From an uncultured Candidatus Saccharibacteria bacterium (lineage in GTDB: Bacteria; Patescibacteriota; Minisyncoccia; Minisyncoccales; JANBVM01), in contig CAZMJM010000001.1 of NCBI GenBank assembly GCA_964566875.1, positions 11,650 to 57,560 of the forward strand: a stretch of 45,911 nucleotides of DNA, read 5' to 3'. Positions within the stretch are counted from its first letter, which is position 1; the number at the start of each line of letters is the position of its first letter. Below, in pieces: positions 25,457 to 31,997 of the stretch. The notes beneath the pieces were generated by a model. That model did not search any database, was not told the DNA's origin, and saw only the letters and a list, made by a program, of their open reading frames with translations. A program made the translations under genes and the position numbers.

Positions 25457-26461
25457 CTAGAAAATTACCTCCTGATTTAAGGGAAAGGTAATGACCTTCC
25501 TGATGTCATCCTTACCGGTGATGAATTTGAGGATTCTGCCTATCCCGAACCCGCACCCCGAATGCTGGACACTTTTTTCTTTGATGCGGTCGAAATACCA
25601 TTGGAAGTCCTGAAGACTTCCTCCTTTTTTTCTCAGTCTTTCGAACATTTTTGAGCCTCGGAGCCGGTTTTTCAATTCATCGTATTCATGGACCCTCTGG
25701 GCAGCCCCTACGGCCTCACCTCCCCAAGGCAGAATCAGGTCGGCGGAAAGGACCCGGCTTTGGTCAGCAGGGTCAGGAATCATGTTGAAGAATTTCTCTA
25801 CTTCGATTTCCTGCCCAAAATCGTACAAGGGATTTGGAAAGTGGGTTATAAATAGGGGATGGTTGTCAAAATTTTTCAACAACACCGTTTCCTGCCTGGA
25901 AGATATGTCGCTGCCGAAGGGCAGTCCCAGAGCCTTGATCGCTTCCCTGTAGGTGATCCTCGGGAAGGGAACCCTTACCCTTCCAAGTCTCGCGGCGTTT
26001 TCTTCTGAAATTTCCATCTCTGCCAGCGTACCCGGCCGTGAAGAAAGCAACTCCGACAGGATTCCGGCTACGGCTTTTTCTATGCATCCAAGGAGTTGCT
26101 GGAAGTCACCGGCAAACTCTATTTCCAGCATGGTGAATTCCGTGAGATGTCGGTTGTCGGATCCTTCTTCCGCTCGAAAGCTCGGCCCTATACTGTAGAC
26201 CTTTTCCAGATAGGGGGTGAGAGCCTCCAGATAAAGCTGAGCCGTCTGGGACAGGTAGGCCCGGTGAGGGGCAGCGGGTTTGAACCAGTAGAGATTGCCG
26301 TCAACACCCACCTCGAAAAGCGTATCGATATTTTCACAGGCTCCAGAAGCCCGCACTATCTTAGGAGGAAAGACTTCCCAGAACCCGTCTTTCTCAAAAA
26401 AATTTCTCAGGGAATTTATCACCCTGGCTTCCAATTTGGCGGTAGTGATTTTTTCCTTCAT
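25457..26461 (-). CDS. Class II aaRS catalytic-core paralogue (Asp/AsnRS-like, no anticodon-binding domain); possibly archaeal-type asparagine synthetase A
   Basis: Motif 1 FWEVFPPKI. YLSQTAQLYLE. Motif 2 IGPSFRAEEG..DNRHLTEFTMLEIE. GGEAVGAAQRVHE. Motif 3 GCGFGIGRIL. At 334 aa it lacks the N-terminal OB fold. Confidence 0.65.
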   Translation of the reverse strand: MKEKITTAKLEARVINSLRNFFEKDGFWEVFPPKIVRASGACENIDTLFEVGVDGNLYWFKPAAPHRAYLSQTAQLYLEALTPYLEKVYSIGPSFRAEEGSDNRHLTEFTMLEIEFAGDFQQLLGCIEKAVAGILSELLSSRPGTLAEMEISEENAARLGRVRVPFPRITYREAIKALGLPFGSDISSRQETVLLKNFDNHPLFITHFPNPLYDFGQEIEVEKFFNMIPDPADQSRVLSADLILPWGGEAVGAAQRVHEYDELKNRLRGSKMFERLRKKGGSLQDFQWYFDRIKEKSVQHSGCGFGIGRILKFITGKDDIRKVITFPLNQEVIF

Positions 26462-26479
26462 GAAGATTTGTTTTTACAT

Positions 26480-26503
26480 AAAAAAAATCGCCCTGATGGG
26501 CGA
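26480..26503 (-). terminator. Strong intrinsic terminator 18 nt upstream of the aaRS-like start codon
   Basis: Minus strand: TCGCCC-ATCA-GGGCGA followed by T8 (plus-strand A8 at 26480-26487). Confidence 0.65.
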
Positions 26504-26560
26504 CCTGTTCGACCTTTAACCTTAGGATGATGTAGTCCTTTTTTGCAGACATTTTCATCC

Positions 26561-26588
26561 ATTGTATCGGAGTGAGAAGGCTTGTCAA
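26561..26588 (-). promoter_or_regulatory. Near-consensus promoter between the Elp3 stop and the terminator
   Basis: Minus strand: TTGACA (26583-26588), 16-nt spacer, TACAAT (26561-26566). It begins 8 nt after the Elp3 stop codon. Confidence 0.5.
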
Positions 26589-26595
26589 GTATTTC

Positions 26596-28179
26596 CTAAG
26601 GAAGATTTTTAACCATGTAGGTTTCCTTCAAACGGTAACCGTTTTTACGGTAATAACCGCGGGCTCCGACGCCTGAAATGACGGCTATCTTGGATAACCC
26701 GAATTCTTCTTTGGCGATCCTTTCAGCTTCCTTTAATAATCTCTGGCCGAATCCCTTGTGCTGCGGGGCGGATTTTCTCTCGGCAATGGGAACCATCTGG
26801 CCGTAGGTGTGGACCTCCCGGATGACGGCGGAGCCTTTCAGCACCGGAAAGAGAGCTCTTTTATGGAGGAAAGAACGGGCAGGAGAAATCCTCATCCTTA
26901 ACAGGCTGTAAAGTTCCTTCCTTCCCCCGTCTTCAAGGCTCAGAAATATCTCTTGTCCCGAGGAGGCTTGGTAGTCCTGGCGCCAACATTGAAGTTTTCC
27001 TGAGGAGGGGCGCCTGTTCCTTATCTCCCGACATCTGATACAGCGGCAGCGCCTCCCTTCTTTTTTCAACTCCTCTGCCACGACCTGTCTCAGGTTTGAT
27101 ATCTTAGCCGGTCCGGCCGCGATACTGGGGGCCGGAATATCCCGGATGACCCTTTCTATCCTGACGTAATAAGGGACGGCGGCCTTTATCTTTTTTATAA
27201 TGCCCACCAGGGTTTTTTTGGTATAGGGTTTATATCTGCCCTCCTGATACCATCGGAAGAGGGGGGCTTCCTTCACCAGGGCACAGGGATAAATCTTCAA
27301 AGAGTCCGGCCTAAAGGAAGGATTATTGAACAGCTCGGTGAAGCTTCTAATGTCTTCGGCGGGGCTGGAGCCCGGCAGGTTCAGCATCATCTGATAAGAC
27401 ACCTTAAACCCAGCATCTTTCAGTAATTTTGTGGCCCCGATTAAGGCTTTGACATTATGACCCCTTTGGTTTAGTCTTAAAACGCGGTCGGAAAGACTTT
27501 GAGCGCCCATTTCCACCTTGGTGATACCGAGCCGCCTCATCCCCTTTACCTCCCCCTGGTCAATAAAGTCCGGCCTGGTTTCCACGGACAGCCCGATAAT
27601 CCGGCGGGCGGAGGTTTCATTGATTTTTTGTGCCTCCTTCAGGGTGCGGCCCGTCTTGCCATTACAGCCGTCGAAACACCGCTTTATAAACCAGCTCTGG
27701 TACCGCCTGGGATAGTAGGACCACGTGCCGCCGATGACTCTCAGGTCTACCTTATCGGCCGGATGGCCCTGCAGTCGCAGCGTTTCCAGCCTTTTTCTTG
27801 TCTGGTGATAGGGATGGTAATTCAACTCCTTCGCCCTTTCCACGGCAGGCTCTCCGGAAAGGTAGCTCTTGGGGATGCCTTCCTCCTTGGGACAGAACAG
27901 GCAATTTCCCGGACAAGGGTAGGGTTTTGTCAGCACCGAAACATTAACGATGCCGGAAAGCGAACGCACCGGACGGGTTCTCAGCAAATGGCCTATACCC
28001 TCTATCTCCTCGATTCTTTTTTCTTTTCTTAGTTTATGGTAAGCTCTCAACAGCTGGAAATTGCTGGGAAAAGGAATGCCGTACTTTTTAGCCAGCTTTC
28101 TCTTAAAGCCGTGGAGGTTATCTTGGGCCTCTTTTTGATGAGCTGATAAATATTTTAGGATTAAAAATTCTGCTTTCAT
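26596..28179 (-). CDS. elp3: Elp3-family radical SAM + GNAT tRNA U34 modification enzyme
   Basis: Radical-SAM cluster motif YPCPGNCLFCP, a long radical SAM core, and a C-terminal GNAT with HKGFGQRLLKEAE. Length and domain order match Elp3. Confidence 0.85.
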   Translation of the reverse strand: MKAEFLILKYLSAHQKEAQDNLHGFKRKLAKKYGIPFPSNFQLLRAYHKLRKEKRIEEIEGIGHLLRTRPVRSLSGIVNVSVLTKPYPCPGNCLFCPKEEGIPKSYLSGEPAVERAKELNYHPYHQTRKRLETLRLQGHPADKVDLRVIGGTWSYYPRRYQSWFIKRCFDGCNGKTGRTLKEAQKINETSARRIIGLSVETRPDFIDQGEVKGMRRLGITKVEMGAQSLSDRVLRLNQRGHNVKALIGATKLLKDAGFKVSYQMMLNLPGSSPAEDIRSFTELFNNPSFRPDSLKIYPCALVKEAPLFRWYQEGRYKPYTKKTLVGIIKKIKAAVPYYVRIERVIRDIPAPSIAAGPAKISNLRQVVAEELKKEGRRCRCIRCREIRNRRPSSGKLQCWRQDYQASSGQEIFLSLEDGGRKELYSLLRMRISPARSFLHKRALFPVLKGSAVIREVHTYGQMVPIAERKSAPQHKGFGQRLLKEAERIAKEEFGLSKIAVISGVGARGYYRKNGYRLKETYMVKNLP

Positions 28180-28882
28180 GGAAGAAGAATACGCGAGACA
28201 TCTTCTCGAAAAGACTAAACAAGATTATACATTAATAGCCCGTGACTTTTCAAGGACGCGGAAAAGTCCTTGGCCGGAAACGGAGTTTCTATTTGAAGAG
28301 TATCTGGAGCCCGGAGACAAGGTTTTGGATTTGGGGTGCGGCAACGGCCGTTATTACCCATTTTTCCGCAAGGAGGATGCGGTCTATTTTGGAGCGGACA
28401 ATTCCCAATCCCTCATTGAGATTGCCAGGAAAAGATTTCCCGAAGCCAACTTTTTCATAGAAGACGCCCTGGAACTCTCTTTTCCCAACGAATTTTTTGA
28501 TAAGGTTTTCAGTGTAGCTGTCTTCCATCAGATACCCTCGCGCTCCCTCAGGTTCAGATTTCTCGCTGAAGTCAAGAGGGTATTGAAAAATAAGGGCCTT
28601 TTGGTGCTGACCGTCTGGAGATTCAATCGTTTTCGGGAGCTGATGCTGTTATTTAAGTATACCTGGCTGAAGGTAATTGGGAAATCAAAGATGGACTGGG
28701 GAGATATCCTGGTTCCTTGGGGAGATAAGACCGAAAGGTACTATCACTATTTCTACGGGAAAGAATTAAAGGATGCACTGGAAGAAGCAGGCTTTAGGGT
28801 GGTAAAATTAGGAATAGCGGAGAACCAGCGGGAAACCCGTCAGAACACCTATATCGCAGCCAGGAAACTGACCGCCAAATAA
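28178..28882 (+). CDS. Trm9/ALKBH8-like class I SAM-dependent methyltransferase
   Basis: SAM motif VLDLGCGNGRY plus IARDFSRTRKSPWP, SVAVFHQ, DILVPW and RYYHYFYGKEL. By recall these parallel yeast Trm9 motifs IAPHFSQTRYKPWP, VVHH, VPW and RYYHLF. Confidence 0.6.
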   Translation: MEEEYARHLLEKTKQDYTLIARDFSRTRKSPWPETEFLFEEYLEPGDKVLDLGCGNGRYYPFFRKEDAVYFGADNSQSLIEIARKRFPEANFFIEDALELSFPNEFFDKVFSVAVFHQIPSRSLRFRFLAEVKRVLKNKGLLVLTVWRFNRFRELMLLFKYTWLKVIGKSKMDWGDILVPWGDKTERYYHYFYGKELKDALEEAGFRVVKLGIAENQRETRQNTYIAARKLTAK

Positions 28883-28885
28883 CCT

Positions 28886-28958
28886 GCTCTCGTAGTTTAA
28901 TGGATAAAATGCTTCCCTCCGGAGGAAGAGACTGTAGGTTCGAGTCCTACCGAGAGCA
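28886..28958 (+). tRNA. tRNA-Arg (anticodon CCG), no encoded CCA
   Basis: Hand-folded cloverleaf. Acceptor GCTCTCG/CGAGAGC. D stem GTTT/AAAT with GG in the loop. Anticodon stem CTTCC/GGAAG with loop CT-CCG-GA. 5-nt variable loop. T arm GTAGG-TTCGAGT-CCTAC. Discriminator A. Confidence 0.9.
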
Positions 28959-28963
28959 CTCAT

Positions 28964-28991
28964 AAAAAATCTCCCGAAAGGGAGATTTTTT
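28964..28991 (+). terminator. Intrinsic terminator after tRNA-Arg
   Basis: ATCTCCC-GAAA-GGGAGAT followed by TTTTT. A-tract upstream. Confidence 0.75.
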
Positions 28992-29133
28992 AGTAATTAG
29001 CTGATGAGTAATTGGAACCGGTCGCTTCGCTCCCTGTTTTCGTTGCGGAACAACGACAAGGAGGAGTGAAACTCCGATTGGTTTTCATTACTACGTAATT
29101 AAGAGTAATTAGTTTTTAGTAACGAGTGATTAG
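28992..29133. repeat. Family of five AGTAATTAG-like 9-mers
   Basis: AGTAATTAG at 28992-29000 and 29104-29112 (exact). Variants are AGTAATTGG at 29007-29015, CGTAATTAA at 29094-29102 and AGTGATTAG at 29125-29133. Confidence 0.6.
29007..29092 (+). ncRNA. Candidate ~86-nt three-way-junction RNA element (class unknown)
   Basis: Closing helix 29007-29024 / 29075-29092: 17 pairs including 4 G.U that only work on the plus strand, with 1 mismatch. Inner helices: CTCCCTG/CAAGGAG enclosing TCGTTG-CGGAA-CAACGA, and GAGT-GAA-ACTC. Confidence 0.35.
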
Positions 29134-29144
29134 ATAAATTTGGC

Positions 29145-29173
29145 TTGACAGAGGGACTTTTTGGCCTTAAAGT
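29145..29173 (+). promoter_or_regulatory. Putative promoter of a structured RNA or leader
   Basis: TTGACA (29145-29150), 17-nt spacer, TAAAGT (29168-29173). Confidence 0.4.
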
Positions 29174-29179
29174 GAAAGC

Positions 29180-29341
29180 GAAAGGGGATACGGAATTGTT
29201 TCCGTAGGACAAGCAATTCTTTAGCGAAGGAGGCGGAAGGAATTCCTCAACCTTGTCCAGTTGAAGTTAAACTTGAACGCTAATTTTGTAAAGGATTGTT
29301 CTCTCCTTACTGAAAACGGGACGTTTGACCTCCCGTTTTTA
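29180..29341 (+). ncRNA. Candidate ~160-nt structured RNA or riboswitch-like leader ending in an intrinsic terminator
   Basis: Hairpins TACGGAA-TTGT-TTCCGTA (29189-29206) and GGACAAG...CTTGTCC (29208-29257) enclosing an AATTCTTT/AAGGAATT helix, plus GTTGAAGT..ACTTGAAC. Terminator ACGGGA-9 nt-TCCCGT + TTTTT (29316-29341) lies 67 nt before the next ATG. Confidence 0.35.
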
Positions 29342-29407
29342 GTTACTTATAAGGCCTGATTTCGACGTGTTGCCTTTTGGGGAAAGAGAGGGTAAAATGT
29401 ATTTATT

Positions 29408-29962
29408 ATGCCCTACAAAATTGCGGTATCCGGAGCGGCTCAAATCAATCACTGCTGTGATGGAATCGAGGAGATTTCCAGGGAAGTGGGAAGAGAGCTG
29501 GCTCGTCAGAAATGTATTTTAATAACCGGCGCCACCACGGGCGTCCCTTATTTTTCCGCCCTGGGATTTAAGGAGGTGGGAGGAATATCCATCGGATTTT
29601 CTCCGGCTACTTCCGAAGCGGCGCACGTAAAGACCTACAAGCTTCCCATGGACCCATTTGACGCCATAGTATATACGGGAGCTGACTACACCGGAAGAAA
29701 TATCATCATGACCAAGGCGGCCGACGGCGTCATTACCATCTGCGGCCGGATGGGAACCCTGCACGAATTTGTCACCGCCTTTGAGATTCAAAAACCCATA
29801 GGCGTATTGGAGGGGACGGGGGGGACGGCCGACAAGATAAAGTCTATCCTTAATGTCCCTTTCAGGGGAACCAAGAAGGTTGCCTACGACGAGGACCCTA
29901 AAAAAATCGTTCAGAAGCTCATCGCGCTTATCAAACAGGATAAGAAAAAGGTCGGAAAATAA
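29408..29962 (+). CDS. LOG/TIGR00725-like Rossmann-fold protein (SLOG superfamily)
   Basis: KIAVSGAA..., ILITGATTGVPYFSALG, YTGADYTGRNIIMTKAADGVITICGRMGTLHEF, matching the LOG-like GGxGT..E pattern. Confidence 0.55.
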   Translation: MPYKIAVSGAAQINHCCDGIEEISREVGRELARQKCILITGATTGVPYFSALGFKEVGGISIGFSPATSEAAHVKTYKLPMDPFDAIVYTGADYTGRNIIMTKAADGVITICGRMGTLHEFVTAFEIQKPIGVLEGTGGTADKIKSILNVPFRGTKKVAYDEDPKKIVQKLIALIKQDKKKVGK

Positions 29963-29977
29963 ATAAACAAACATAAT

Positions 29978-30247
29978 ATGCCAGAAAAAAAATCAAGTCC
30001 CGAAGGAGATCTGGTCGGCGTTATCAGCCATTATTTCGGGCACATAGGCGTCGGAGTCATAGAGCTTTCTGGCATCCTGAAGGAGGGAGACAGCATCAGG
30101 GTTGTGGGAGGGGAGACCGACTTTGAACAGCAGATTGAATCTATGGAGGTTGACCATAAAAAGGTCAAGAAAGCAAACAAGGGGGATTCTGTGGGCCTGA
30201 AGCTTGATCAAAAGGTTAGGGAGGGATACAAGGTTTATAAAATATGA
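29978..30247 (+). CDS. Small beta-barrel protein resembling EF-Tu domain 2
   Basis: 89 aa. The pattern GVGVIELSGILKEGDSIRVVG...KANKGDSVGLKL resembles translation-factor domain II barrels. Weak assignment. Confidence 0.35.
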   Translation: MPEKKSSPEGDLVGVISHYFGHIGVGVIELSGILKEGDSIRVVGGETDFEQQIESMEVDHKKVKKANKGDSVGLKLDQKVREGYKVYKI

Positions 30248-30285
30248 GCCTACGGGCTCGGGTAAGAGCCTACGGGCTCGGATAA
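30246..30285 (+). repeat. Tandem 20-nt direct repeat forming two C(UACG)G tetraloop hairpins
   Basis: GAGCCTACGGGCTCGG+GTAA (30246-30265) and GAGCCTACGGGCTCGG+ATAA (30266-30285). It starts inside the stop codon of the preceding gene. Confidence 0.7.
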
Positions 30286-30307
30286 AAGCGACTCCATCCA
30301 ATCAATA

Positions 30308-30742
30308 ATGGACTTTCAGATAGTTTATCAATTGGTTTTAGCTACTTTTTTAGGAGCTCTCATCGGCCTGGAGAGGGAGTATAAAAAGAAGGGAGCTGGA
30401 CTTCAAACCTATAGCCTGGTTTGTCTTGGGTCATGCCTTTTTACCATTATTGCCTTCAGTATAGTCTCCGTTTACAGCGACTATTCCAAAATGGTTTTCG
30501 ATCCCATCAGGGTGATCCAGGCCATAGTGATGGGTATAGGTTTTATCGGGGCAGGCGTCATTTTCCAGCAGTCTTCCGGAATCGTAGGACTGACGACGGC
30601 GGCCGGCCTCTGGGCGGTGTCCGCCATCGGTACGGCGGTGGGAATGAAATTCTTTTCCCTGTCCGCCTTTGCCACTTTCCTGGTTCTACTGGTTCTGTCA
30701 GGCATGGGGATTTTGGAAAAGAAGGTTTTTAATAGGAGTTGA
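30308..30742 (+). CDS. MgtC/SapB-family membrane protein (membrane domain only)
   Basis: GLEREYKKKGAGLQTYSLVCLGSCLF plus four or five TM helices. Typical MgtC N-terminal domain. Confidence 0.8.
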   Translation: MDFQIVYQLVLATFLGALIGLEREYKKKGAGLQTYSLVCLGSCLFTIIAFSIVSVYSDYSKMVFDPIRVIQAIVMGIGFIGAGVIFQQSSGIVGLTTAAGLWAVSAIGTAVGMKFFSLSAFATFLVLLVLSGMGILEKKVFNRS

Positions 30743-31992
30743 TGAGGTTTACGGCTGACCTTCATCTGCATTCTAAGTATTCTCGAGCCACCTCTCCTCA
30801 AATGGAGCTGATAACCCTTGACCGCTGGGCGAGAATCAAGGGGGTTCAGGTTTTGGGGACAGGCGACTTTACTCATCCCTACTGGATGGAGGATATCAAA
30901 CAAAAGTTGGAACCTGCAGAGGAAGGTTTTTTTAAAATTAAAAAGCAGTCGGGGGAATTTACCCGTTTCGTTTTAACGGCCGAAATAAGTTGCATCTATT
31001 CAAAGAACGACAGGGTTCGCAAGGTCCATATTCTGGTTTTGGCTCCTTCTATCGAAACCGCAGAAGAAATTAATAAAGAGCTGTCCAAGAAAGGAAACCT
31101 GTTCGCCGACGGAAGGCCGATATTGGGATTGGACGCCAGAGAGTTGGCCGGAATAGTTCTGAACGTTTCGGAACAGTGTATGGTTATCCCGGCCCACGTG
31201 ATGACTCCCTGGTTCGCCCTCTTCGGTTCAAAATCGGGGTTTGATTCTCTTGAAGAGTGTTTTGAAGAATACTCCGATTCCATCTTTGCCATGGAAACAG
31301 GGCTTTCCGCAGACCCGGCGATGATATGGAGATTGGAGGAAGGAGCAAGATTGGCCCTGGTTTCCAATTCGGATGCTCATTCCCCGGCCAATATAGGGCG
31401 GGAAGCCAACGTTTTTGATACGGCGATGGATTACCGGTCGCTGGTTGCGGCCATCAAAGATAAGGATAAGAAAAACTTTCTCTACACCATTGAATTTTTT
31501 CCCCAGGAGGGAAAGTATCATTACGACGGCCATCGGGCCTGCGGCGTCTGCTTTTCCCCAGCCGAGTCAAAAAAGGGCAATAACGTCTGTCCCAACTGCG
31601 GCCGTCCCCTGACCATAGGAGTGCTGAACAGAATAGAAAAACTGGCGCGGAAACCCTCCGGTTTCCAGCCGCCTAACGCCCCCTCCTTCAAGAGCCTGGT
31701 TCCTTTGCGGGAAATTATCGCCGAGGCCTTAAACGTTGGGTCAAAAACCAAGAAGGTAAAAGAGTATTATGATGCCCTGACCGGAAAGCTGGGTGGTGAA
31801 TTGAAAATACTCCTTGAAGCATCCAGGGAAGAGTTGGACTCGGCCTCCACTCCGGAGATAGCCGAGGGAATTATAAGGGTCCGCGAAGGAAGGGTGACCA
31901 TAGAGCCCGGTTATGACGGAGTCTATGGAAAGGTCAAGATATTTTCTTCGGAAGAAAACAGGAATTTATCCAAGCAGGGAATCCTGCTCTAA
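30739..31992 (+). CDS. Endonuclease Q (EndoQ)-like PHP-domain + zinc-finger nuclease
   Basis: ADLHLHSKYSRATSPQM...VQVLGTGDFTHPYW parallels the archaeal EndoQ N-terminus by recall. NSDAHS. C-terminal CPNCGRPLTIGV zinc ribbon. About 417 aa. Confidence 0.65.
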   Translation: MMRFTADLHLHSKYSRATSPQMELITLDRWARIKGVQVLGTGDFTHPYWMEDIKQKLEPAEEGFFKIKKQSGEFTRFVLTAEISCIYSKNDRVRKVHILVLAPSIETAEEINKELSKKGNLFADGRPILGLDARELAGIVLNVSEQCMVIPAHVMTPWFALFGSKSGFDSLEECFEEYSDSIFAMETGLSADPAMIWRLEEGARLALVSNSDAHSPANIGREANVFDTAMDYRSLVAAIKDKDKKNFLYTIEFFPQEGKYHYDGHRACGVCFSPAESKKGNNVCPNCGRPLTIGVLNRIEKLARKPSGFQPPNAPSFKSLVPLREIIAEALNVGSKTKKVKEYYDALTGKLGGELKILLEASREELDSASTPEIAEGIIRVREGRVTIEPGYDGVYGKVKIFSSEENRNLSKQGILL

Positions 31993-31997
31993 CTCTT

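Noticed and set aside
26394-26588. 64-aa ORF spanning the leader of the aaRS-like gene (possible leader peptide)
   Set aside because: It runs through the intrinsic terminator and into the aaRS-like coding region in another frame. It starts upstream of the predicted TSS and shows no Asp/Asn codon run that would suggest attenuation.
28886-28958. tRNA-Arg next to Elp3/Trm9-like as their possible dedicated substrate
   Set aside because: The anticodon is CCG, with C34. Elp3-type chemistry acts on U34, so the adjacency is probably coincidental.
29001-29008. CTGATGAG, the conserved hammerhead-ribozyme core box, immediately 5' of the long helix of the structured element
   Set aside because: The helix that would be stem II is not followed by GAAA. 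The only GAAAC (29068-29072) is preceded by residues that cannot pair with the bases after CTGATGA. No NUH cleavage-site/stem III geometry could be built. A single 8-mer is expected by chance in 2 x 46 kb.
29059-29098. Strong AAGGAGG followed by GTG and a 10-codon micro-ORF (VKLRLVFITT*)
   Set aside because: The SD-to-start spacing is only 1 nt, and the purine run is fully accounted for as one strand of an RNA helix.
28992-30285. Short direct repeats (AGTAATTAG family, twin GAGCCTACGGGCTCGG) as a possible degenerate CRISPR array
   Set aside because: The units are 9-20 nt with only 2-5 copies, there is no regular repeat-spacer periodicity, and there are no cas genes in the window.
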